A stretch of 64,000 nucleotides of DNA from an uncultured virus (IMG/VR IMGVR_UViG_3300032288_004324) (lineage: Duplodnaviria > Heunggongvirae > Uroviricota > Caudoviricetes): IMG/VR virus record IMGVR_UViG_3300032288_004324; one strand, given 5' to 3'. Position numbers and translations under genes: made by a program. The notes under the pieces were generated by a model. The model was not told where the DNA came from. It saw only the letters and a list, made by a program, of their open reading frames with translations, and ran no database searches. Position 1 is the stretch's first letter. The number at the start of each line of letters is the position of its first letter. Below are positions 55,583 through 64,000 of the stretch, in pieces.

Positions 55583-56563
55583 ATGGAAAAATTATTAACA
55601 CCAAACCCTAAAAGATTTTCATTATTCCCTGTACAACACCACGACATGTGGACGATGTATAAAACAGCCGAAGCATCATTCTGGACAGCGGAAGAAATAG
55701 ATCTAGCACAAGATATAAGTCACTGGAGGGACAAATTAAATGACAACGAAAGATATTTCATTAAACATGTAATCGCTTTCTTTAATAACTCTGATGGTAT
55801 AGTTAACGAGAATCTAGCAGCCAATTTTTTTAATCAAGTTCAATATCCAGAAGCTAGATGTTTTTACGGATTTCAACTAGCCATCGAAAATATACACGGG
55901 GAAACATATTCTCTCCTTATAGATTCTTATATAAGCGACCAAGAGGAGAAGGAACATTTATTTAATGCAATAGATACTGTTCCTTCTGTTAAGAGAAAAG
56001 CAGATTGGGCAATGAAATGGATAGAGAAGGGTTCTTTTATAGAGACACTAATTGCTTTTGCAGCAGTTGAAGGTATTTTCTTCTCCGGATCTTTTTGTTC
56101 TATTTTCTGGTTAAAGAAAAGAGGATTAATGCCAGGCCTATGTTTTGCTAATGAATTAATATCAAGGGACGAGGGATTACATTGTGATTTTGCTTGTTTA
56201 CTTTACACTAAACACATCGAAAATAAACTATCAGAAGAAACAGTGGTAGAGATAATTTCGGAAGCGGTAGAGATAGAAAAAGAATTTGTTACATCTTCTT
56301 TACCTGTTAGACTTATAGGTATGAACTCTGATCTTATGTGCGAATATATCGAATTTGTAGCTGATAGATTATTAGTTTCATTAGGATGCTCTAAGATTTA
56401 TAATACTAAATGTCCATTTGATTTTATGGTTAATATAGCACTAGAAAATAAGGGAAATTTCTTCGAAGGAAGAGTAGGATCTTATCAAAAATCTGGCGTT
56501 ATGGACAGTACTAAAGATTCTAAAGATTCTGGTAAAACTTTCACCATGGATGCTGACTTTTAA
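55583..56563 (+). CDS. nrdB: Ribonucleotide reductase class Ia beta subunit
   Basis: [49 protein letters not shown]. Confidence 0.96.
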   Translation: MEKLLTPNPKRFSLFPVQHHDMWTMYKTAEASFWTAEEIDLAQDISHWRDKLNDNERYFIKHVIAFFNNSDGIVNENLAANFFNQVQYPEARCFYGFQLAIENIHGETYSLLIDSYISDQEEKEHLFNAIDTVPSVKRKADWAMKWIEKGSFIETLIAFAAVEGIFFSGSFCSIFWLKKRGLMPGLCFANELISRDEGLHCDFACLLYTKHIENKLSEETVVEIISEAVEIEKEFVTSSLPVRLIGMNSDLMCEYIEFVADRLLVSLGCSKIYNTKCPFDFMVNIALENKGNFFEGRVGSYQKSGVMDSTKDSKDSGKTFTMDADF

Positions 56564-56585
56564 ATTGGAGAAGTGTCTTTATGAT

Positions 56586-56593
56586 GATATATA
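56586..56593 (+). promoter_or_regulatory. Putative late promoter GATATATA
   Basis: Intergenic, 21 nt before GTG 56615. Confidence 0.6.
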
Positions 56594-56608
56594 AAGAGCA
56601 TATAATAA

Positions 56609-57529
<921 letters not shown>

Positions 57530-57604
57530 TTCATAATATTGATATTCTATGTCTTAAAATTTCTAAAATCTATCGGAAATTGAAATTATTAAATCAAAAT
57601 TCCT

Positions 57605-57633
57605 GAAACTAATTGTCGGTAAAAAAATAAAAA
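57605..57633 (+). promoter_or_regulatory. Putative early/middle promoter GAAAC-N18-TAAAAA
   Basis: Intergenic, upstream of nrdA. Confidence 0.5.
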
Positions 57634-57649
57634 AATAAAATAGAAAAAA

Positions 57650-60016
57650 ATGGAAGTAATAAAAAGAGATGGATCCAAGGAGAGAGTTAAGCTGGATAAG
57701 ATTCTTAACAGAGTTAAAAAACAATGTTATGGTTTAAATATGGATTATATTGAGCCCATGGAAATTGCTAAGAAAGTTATTCACGGTTTATATGATGGAA
57801 TATCTTCAGCGGAGCTTGACACTTTAGCAGCTGAAACTGCAGCTGCATTAACACCTACTCATCCGGATTATTCAATTCTTGCTGCTAGAATTTGTGTTAC
57901 TTCTTTACATAAAACAACGCCTAAAAGTTTTTCGCAGGTTATAGATCAGCTATATAATTATGTTGATCCTAAGACGGGATTAAAAGCACCTATGATAGCT
58001 GATGATGTTTATGAGATAATCATGAATAACTCTAAGGATATAGATTCTCAAATTATTACTGACAGAGATCTTGATTATGATTATTTTGGTTTTAAAACAT
58101 TGGAGAAGTCATATTTATTGAAAATAGACGGATTACCTGCGGAGAGACCGCAACAAATGTTAATGAGAGTTGCTATAGGGATACATAAAAACGATCTTTT
58201 ATCCGCTTATAAAACTTATGATTTAATGAGTCAGGGGTATTTCACTCATGCTACACCGACTCTATTTAATTCTGGGACAAGAAGACCACAATTATCTTCT
58301 TGCTTCTTAGTTTCTATGGATGATGATTCAATCCAGGGTATTTACAAAACATTATCTGATGTAGCTCAGATCTCTAAGAATGCAGGGGGAATAGGATTAC
58401 ATATTCATAATGTAAGAGGTACAGGAGCTTATATCAAAGGAACAAATGGTACTTCCAATGGAATTATTCCGATGTTGAAAGTATTTAATGAAACTGCTAG
58501 ATACGTTGATCAAGGAGGGGGAAGAAGAAAAGGATCTTTTGCTATATACTTAGAGCCTTGGCATTGTGACGTTGAGGATTTCTTAAATCTTAGAAAAAAT
58601 CATGGGAAGGAAGAAATGAGAGCTAGGGATCTTTTCTTAGCTTTATGGACTCCGGATCTATTTATGGAAAGAGTAAAAGAAAATGGGGATTGGACTCTAT
58701 TTTCGCCAGATGAAGCTCCAGGATTAGATGACGTATATGGAGAAGAATTTAATAAACTTTATAATAAATATGAATCGGAGGGAAGAGGAAGAAAAACAGT
58801 AAAAGCTCAAGATCTTTGGTATAAAATTATAGAAGCACAAATAGAAACTGGAACTCCTTATATTCTTTATAAAGATTCTGCTAATTTAAAATCTAATCAA
58901 AAAAATCTAGGAACTATTAAATCTTCCAATCTTTGCACTGAGATTATCGAATATTCAGATTCTAAAGAAACTGCAGTTTGTAATCTAGCTTCTATAGCAC
59001 TCCCTAAGTTTATTATACCAGGTAAGAAACCTAAATACGATCTTAATGCTCTTAAAGATATAGCTTATACAGCAACAATTAATCTTAACAGAGTGATTGA
59101 TGTTAACTATTATCCTACTAAAGAAACTAAGACTTCTAATATGAAGCACAGACCGATTGGAATTGGGGTACAAGGTTTAGCAGATACTTTTGCTATACTA
59201 AAAATCCCTTTCGAATCTGATGAAGCAAAAACATTAGACAGGGATATTTTTGAGGCAATCTATTACGGAGCTATGTGTGCTTCCGTGGATCTTGCAGAAA
59301 AAGAGGGAGCATATCAGACATTTAAAGGATCTCCTTTATCGAAAGGATTATTCCAATTTGATTTATGGAACGAATCACCAGGTACAAGATGGGACTGGGA
59401 AGAATTAAGAGAAAGAGTTAAAACTTTTGGAGCTAGGAATTCTTTATTGCTTGCTCCTATGCCTACTGCATCTACTAGTCAGATTCTAGGAAACAATGAA
59501 TGTTTTGAACCTTTCACTTCTAACATTTATATTAGAAAAACATTGTCTGGAGAATTTCCAGTAGTTAATAAACATTTAGTCAAGGATTTGGTTAAAATTG
59601 GATTATGGAGCGAAAATCTTAGAGATAAGATTATAATTAATAATGGATCTGTCCAAGACATACCTGAAATTCCTGAAGATCTTAAAGCTATTTACAAAAC
59701 TGCTTGGGAGATGAGTCAGAAAATTATTATAGATCATGCTGCTTCTAGAGCTCCTTTTATATGTCAAAGTCAAAGTATGAATTTATTTGTTCAGGATGCT
59801 AACTTTGCAAAACTTTCTTCCGCTCATTTTTATGGATGGGATAGAGGGTTAAAGACAGGAAGCTATTACATAAGGACTAAAGCTGCTACCACAGCAATTA
59901 AAGGTCTAGGAATAGATATACAGAAAAGTGAACCAATAAAAACTGAGACTGATAACTATAGTGATCTAGTTTGTAGTATAGATAACCCGGATGATTGTGA
60001 AGCTTGTGGATCATAA
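57650..60016 (+). CDS. nrdA: Ribonucleotide reductase class Ia alpha subunit with ATP cone
   Basis: VIKRDG ATP cone, [37 protein letters not shown]-terminal CEACGS. Confidence 0.97.
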   Translation: MEVIKRDGSKERVKLDKILNRVKKQCYGLNMDYIEPMEIAKKVIHGLYDGISSAELDTLAAETAAALTPTHPDYSILAARICVTSLHKTTPKSFSQVIDQLYNYVDPKTGLKAPMIADDVYEIIMNNSKDIDSQIITDRDLDYDYFGFKTLEKSYLLKIDGLPAERPQQMLMRVAIGIHKNDLLSAYKTYDLMSQGYFTHATPTLFNSGTRRPQLSSCFLVSMDDDSIQGIYKTLSDVAQISKNAGGIGLHIHNVRGTGAYIKGTNGTSNGIIPMLKVFNETARYVDQGGGRRKGSFAIYLEPWHCDVEDFLNLRKNHGKEEMRARDLFLALWTPDLFMERVKENGDWTLFSPDEAPGLDDVYGEEFNKLYNKYESEGRGRKTVKAQDLWYKIIEAQIETGTPYILYKDSANLKSNQKNLGTIKSSNLCTEIIEYSDSKETAVCNLASIALPKFIIPGKKPKYDLNALKDIAYTATINLNRVIDVNYYPTKETKTSNMKHRPIGIGVQGLADTFAILKIPFESDEAKTLDRDIFEAIYYGAMCASVDLAEKEGAYQTFKGSPLSKGLFQFDLWNESPGTRWDWEELRERVKTFGARNSLLLAPMPTASTSQILGNNECFEPFTSNIYIRKTLSGEFPVVNKHLVKDLVKIGLWSENLRDKIIINNGSVQDIPEIPEDLKAIYKTAWEMSQKIIIDHAASRAPFICQSQSMNLFVQDANFAKLSSAHFYGWDRGLKTGSYYIRTKAATTAIKGLGIDIQKSEPIKTETDNYSDLVCSIDNPDDCEACGS

Positions 60017-60031
60017 ATATTGATATGGAAA

Positions 60032-60682
60032 ATGAAAAATAATCCTAAAAAAATAAACGATTTCAAAGAATTTGTAAAAGAATTTGGTGATATTGATGGG
60101 AAGAAAAATCTAGAATCTATTCCTTGTATAATTTTAGCTGGACCTCCTGGGTGTGGTAAAGGAACTCAGGCTAAGATAATATCTAAAGGTATGAGATGGA
60201 AACATATATCAACTGGAGATATTTTAAGGGCATCTGGAGATAAGGATATAAAAAAAATAATGAAAACTGGGGAATTACTACCAGATGATCTAGTAGGAAA
60301 AGAACTAATATCATATCTTAAAGAATATTCTAAAGACCACGATCCTAAGGGATTTATATTTGATGGATATCCGAGGAATCTTTCACAGAAGGATATTTTT
60401 GAAGAAATATGTAGGGTTAATAGATTAAAATTGGTTTATGTATTCTTTTTAAATGCTCCAGAATCTTTATTAAGAAAAAGAATATCTGATAGAGGTAAAA
60501 CCTCCGGAAGATCCGACGATAAAAGCAGCAAAGTTTTTAATAAAAGGATGAAAGAGTATAATGATCAAACACTACCTATGATAGAATCCATGAGGAATGG
60601 ATCTAATTTTATAGAAATATCATCCAATAGAAGCCTTGAGGAGATATCTTCGTTGATATTTAATAAATTAAACGAAATTTAA
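60032..60682 (+). CDS. adk: Adenylate kinase (short-LID type) with an N-terminal extension
   Basis: GPPGCGKGTQ, HISTGDILR, GELLPDD, FIFDGYPR, GRSDD; extension MKNNPKKINDFKEFVKE. Confidence 0.9.
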   Translation: MKNNPKKINDFKEFVKEFGDIDGKKNLESIPCIILAGPPGCGKGTQAKIISKGMRWKHISTGDILRASGDKDIKKIMKTGELLPDDLVGKELISYLKEYSKDHDPKGFIFDGYPRNLSQKDIFEEICRVNRLKLVYVFFLNAPESLLRKRISDRGKTSGRSDDKSSKVFNKRMKEYNDQTLPMIESMRNGSNFIEISSNRSLEEISSLIFNKLNEI

Positions 60683-60702
60683 TCAGTAAACATTTGTATA
60701 AC
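60674..60702 (+). promoter_or_regulatory. Putative early/middle promoter GAAAT-N18-TATAAC
   Basis: Upstream of the glycosyltransferase. Confidence 0.5.
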
Positions 60703-60719
60703 TATTAAAATTAAATAAA

Positions 60720-61946
60720 ATGTCTAAAAAAGAAAAACAATCGGTTTCAGAAGAACAGGAGAAAAAACAACCAACTATCTGTTTAACAATGATAGTTAAA
60801 AATGAATCTCAGGTAATTAGAAGATGTATAGATTCAGTAAAAGATTATATTAGTTATTGGGTTATTGTAGATACAGGATCAACTGATGGTACACAGGATC
60901 TGATTAAAGAAATTATGAACGAATACAATATACCAGGGGAATTATACGAGAGACCTTGGGTTGATTTTGGACATAATAGAACTGAGAGTCTACAATATTC
61001 TAAAGATAAAGCAGATTATAGACTTATTATAGATGCTGATGATGTTCTATTTGTAGAAAATCCAGAGATAAATCCCTTTTTAAATATAGATAAGGACTTT
61101 TATAAAATAAAAATAAGATTAGGATCTCTTGCTTACTATAGATCACAAGTAATAAGAGGAAGCCAAGATTGGAAATATGTAGGGGTTTTACATGAATATC
61201 TTTCAGGACCGGAGGGGGTTTCTTTGGAAGAGGATTTTTTAGATGGAGTTGAAATGCACGCTTCTGTTTCAGGACACAATAGAGATATAAAAGGAAAAGA
61301 CAAATATTACAACGATGCACTAATATTTGAAAAAGCTATACTTACTACCCCTAAGGAGGATCTTCCTATCGATTTAGAAAGGAGATATGTTTTTTATATG
61401 GCTCAAAGTTATAGAGATGCAGGAATGCACGAAAGATCTATTGAATCATATCAAAGAAGAGTAGATTTGGGAGGATGGCACGAGGAGGTTTATATTTCAA
61501 AATATTGGATTGCTAGACAAAAGCAAACGATGGGTAAACCAGAAGAAGAAATAATTGACGCATATTTAAAAGCTTGGGAATATAGACCTAACAGATTAGA
61601 ATCTTTATATCATCTTATTAAATTCTTAGGAAGTAAAAAAAGATATGCTTTAGCTTTTGCTCTTTCCGCAATAGGAATGAAAACTGGGCCTTGTTCAGAT
61701 ATTCTTTTTGTTGAAGATGAAATATGGAAATGGAGAATGCCAGATGAGTATTCAGTTCTTGCTTACTATAACGGAAATCCAGAGGAAGCTTTAAAGACAA
61801 CTAATATACTTATTAGCTCTAGCGTATTCGAAAAGCTTTCTAAAGGAGAGCAGGATCGTATAAAGAAAAATCTAGATTTCTATCAGAAAGCTATAGATAG
61901 AAAAAATGGAATAGAGGAACCTACAGAGGAATTACAGGAATCTTAA
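60720..61946 (+). CDS. GT2-family glycosyltransferase with C-terminal TPR-like repeats
   Basis: ICLTMIVKNE, VDTGSTDGT, DFGHNR, IIDADD (DxD), GVLHEY; helical FYMAQSYRDAG...AYLKAWEYRPNRLE. Confidence 0.88.
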   Translation: MSKKEKQSVSEEQEKKQPTICLTMIVKNESQVIRRCIDSVKDYISYWVIVDTGSTDGTQDLIKEIMNEYNIPGELYERPWVDFGHNRTESLQYSKDKADYRLIIDADDVLFVENPEINPFLNIDKDFYKIKIRLGSLAYYRSQVIRGSQDWKYVGVLHEYLSGPEGVSLEEDFLDGVEMHASVSGHNRDIKGKDKYYNDALIFEKAILTTPKEDLPIDLERRYVFYMAQSYRDAGMHERSIESYQRRVDLGGWHEEVYISKYWIARQKQTMGKPEEEIIDAYLKAWEYRPNRLESLYHLIKFLGSKKRYALAFALSAIGMKTGPCSDILFVEDEIWKWRMPDEYSVLAYYNGNPEEALKTTNILISSSVFEKLSKGEQDRIKKNLDFYQKAIDRKNGIEEPTEELQES

Positions 61947-61955
61947 ATACACTCG

Positions 61956-61963
61956 GATATATA
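61956..61963 (+). promoter_or_regulatory. Putative late promoter GATATATA
   Basis: Intergenic, 18 nt before ATG 61982. Confidence 0.6.
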
Positions 61964-61981
61964 ACATAAAAGTTATATCAA

Positions 61982-62464
61982 ATGAGAATTTTAAGATTTG
62001 AAGATTTCCTTAACGAATCCACATATAATGTCGGAATTCCTATTTACAGAGGATCTAGTTTCCAACCAGAAAGAACTATAAAGAGAAATAAATTTATAGG
62101 AGAACTGAAAGACTTTCTTTCGCAGGTTGCAAACGGTACTTTATCGGAAATAACTGTTATTGCAGAAATACCAACGCAGGGTAAAAATGCACCTTCTTAT
62201 TTAAAAGACATATATTCAGAAATGGGATATGATCCATCTAAAGAAACTGAAGATGAATACGATCCTGAAACTGATGTTTATATGGGAGACAGAAGTAGAA
62301 ATCCAGACGAGCCTTCAAGAAATATATTCGTAGACTCTGAATTTTTAGTTAAAGACGTTGATGAAACTAGAGGAGTAATTATAGCAGTTCCTTATTCTTT
62401 AAAAAGAAAGAATGTTATGGTTGAGCTTACTCCAGATCTTATCGACGAGGCTTTTATTAAATAA
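61982..62464 (+). CDS. Hypothetical protein with a capsid-targeting-like N-terminus
   Basis: MRILRFEDFLNES. Confidence 0.6.
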   Translation: MRILRFEDFLNESTYNVGIPIYRGSSFQPERTIKRNKFIGELKDFLSQVANGTLSEITVIAEIPTQGKNAPSYLKDIYSEMGYDPSKETEDEYDPETDVYMGDRSRNPDEPSRNIFVDSEFLVKDVDETRGVIIAVPYSLKRKNVMVELTPDLIDEAFIK

Positions 62465-62465
62465 T

Positions 62466-62825
62466 ATGGATTTTGGGGATTTTTATATAGCAAAAATCGG
62501 CGACCATACTTTTATATTAGAAGAGTGTAAAGATTTTCCAAAAGGACTTTCAGAAAGAGAGCATCTCCACGAAAACGAGGGGATGCTTTTTAATTTTAAT
62601 GATCCGGGATATAGATCTTTTCATATGAAGGGATGTCTAATAAACCTTGATATAATATTTTTAAAAGAAGGAAAAATAGAAAAAATATACCACAACTGCA
62701 ATCCTTGTGAATTAAATGAATGTGAGCAATTTGAACACGAGTCTGCTGACACTGTAATAGAATTAAAAGGAGGTACTTGCAATAAAAATAATATAAGTGA
62801 AGGCCTAATCTATAGACTCATATAG
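62466..62825 (+). CDS. DUF192 family protein
   Basis: KGLSERE.L.ENEGMLFNF, SFHMKGCLINLDIIFL, VIELKGG; start at ATG 62466. Confidence 0.85.
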   Translation: MDFGDFYIAKIGDHTFILEECKDFPKGLSEREHLHENEGMLFNFNDPGYRSFHMKGCLINLDIIFLKEGKIEKIYHNCNPCELNECEQFEHESADTVIELKGGTCNKNNISEGLIYRLI

Positions 62826-62932
62826 GAAACTTTTCCTTTCCTTTGCTGTTAAAACATATGATTATAAATACCTATTTTATTATAGGGATATTATAAATAT
62901 TGAATTTCAATTTAAAACCGAAGATATAGAGA

Positions 62933-64000
62933 ATGTCATCTAAGAAAGAGATAAAGGTTCTATCCGAGAGGGAACATATTTTATTAAGACCAACTGTTTA
63001 TGTGGGGAGTGTAAAACCAACAGACGAAAAGACACCTATAATAAGAAATAATAAGATTTTTATTGAATCTAAGAAGCTTTCTGTCGGAATGTATAAATTA
63101 TTTGACGAAGTTTTTTCAAATGCTTTAGACGAAGCTAAACGGATGAATGGTAAAATGAAAAGCATTCGTATAGAAGTAAACACCAAAGATAATAGTGTTT
63201 CTGTTACTGATACTGGAAATGGATTTTATAAAGGAACTGATATCAATAAAGTTAGCGGAAAAACAAATATAGAAACAGCGGTTTCGCAGCTTAGAGCAGG
63301 ATCTAATTTTGAGAATGAAGATGTGGAGGAATCTTTAGTTGGTACTAATGGTATGGGTGTTAGTTTAGTAAATGTTTTATCCAAGTATTTTTCAATAGAA
63401 ACTATAAACGAAAAAAACTATTATTTTCAGGAGTGGAAAAACTATGAGGGAGAACTTCCAAAAATCGAGAAGATTAATAACAGAAAAACTGGGACTACTG
63501 TTAAATTTAAACCAATTTCAGAAGTATTTGGATACGATAAATGGGATAAAGAAGTTCTCTCATCCATACTTATACTAAAATATGATCTTATTAAAAGAGA
63601 CTCTATTCTTTGTAATCTTGGACTAGATCTTATATGGGATGGAGAAAATATAGAACTTAATGTTGAATTCTTACCTAAAGAGTGTTTTAAAATAAATACC
63701 GAAATAGGACAGATAACTATATGGGAAAAGTACGAAGGATCTGGACCTATAAGTTTTGTAAACTCTGCCATATGTACTGGTATACATCAGAAAATAATAA
63801 ATGATTTTATTAACAATAAACTTGATGATACCTTAGGTCATCATTTTTATGATTCTATGATAGTTCTAAACTTGGCACCGAAGTATGTAAAATTCGGTGA
63901 CCAAAACAAAACTAGGTTTGTTACTACAAGGGAGGAGATAGAAAATTTATTAACTAATAAATTTGGATCCAAGCTGCAGGGATTTTTTAAAACTGATCTT
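62933..64000 (+). CDS. Type II DNA topoisomerase ATPase subunit (T4 gp39/GyrB-like), runs off the window end
   Basis: Not in the ORF track (no stop in the window). Translated: MSSKKEIKVLSEREHILLRPTVYVGS...KLFDEVFSNALDE...VTDTGNGF...LRAGSNFE...VGTNGMGVSLVN (GHKL motifs). Confidence 0.92.
   Translation, partial: MSSKKEIKVLSEREHILLRPTVYVGSVKPTDEKTPIIRNNKIFIESKKLSVGMYKLFDEVFSNALDEAKRMNGKMKSIRIEVNTKDNSVSVTDTGNGFYKGTDINKVSGKTNIETAVSQLRAGSNFENEDVEESLVGTNGMGVSLVNVLSKYFSIETINEKNYYFQEWKNYEGELPKIEKINNRKTGTTVKFKPISEVFGYDKWDKEVLSSILILKYDLIKRDSILCNLGLDLIWDGENIELNVEFLPKECFKINTEIGQITIWEKYEGSGPISFVNSAICTGIHQKIINDFINNKLDDTLGHHFYDSMIVLNLAPKYVKFGDQNKTRFVTTREEIENLLTNKFGSKLQGFFKTDL

Overview
AT-rich (roughly 30% GC by eye), densely coding, almost entirely + strand segment of a large T4-like contractile-tailed (jumbo) bacteriophage. 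The host is probably Bacteroidota, judged from an Hc1/histone-H1-like gene, DUF4494, a short-LID adenylate kinase, Reg_prop/SBBP propellers and A-rich starts without Shine-Dalgarno sites. Region 1-40.7 kb is a virion module: tube-fold protein, gp5-like hub, neck gp13, gp25, gp6-like wedge, very large baseplate/fibre proteins and a gp3-like terminator. It is interrupted by a multi-S1 (ribosomal protein S1-like) gene, a degenerate amidoligase and an antisense phoH. Region 40.7-45.7 kb holds replication/recombination genes (RuvC-like, gp32 SSB, gp61 primase, UvsY, UvsW). Region 45.7-53.6 kb is a cluster of small unknown proteins. Region 53.7-64 kb holds the N-terminal half of a split family-B DNA polymerase, a gp56-like dUTP/dCTPase, nrdB, a collagen-like gene, nrdA, adk, GT2-TPR, DUF192 and a partial type II topoisomerase. 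Most notable: (i) about ten unrelated proteins share a short motif resembling the T4 capsid-targeting sequence and mostly lie behind a putative late promoter, suggesting a packaged/injected cargo that includes an adenylate kinase and a ligase/HIGH pseudoenzyme; (ii) two phage promoter classes can be read from the sequence (RATATATA and GAAAY-N18-TAWAA), one copy embedded in a terminator loop; (iii) a split PolB; (iv) a possible inverted single-gene spanin; (v) a possible virion glycosylation pair. No tRNA, rRNA, CRISPR array or mobile element was seen. All family assignments come from motif recognition by eye, not from database searches.
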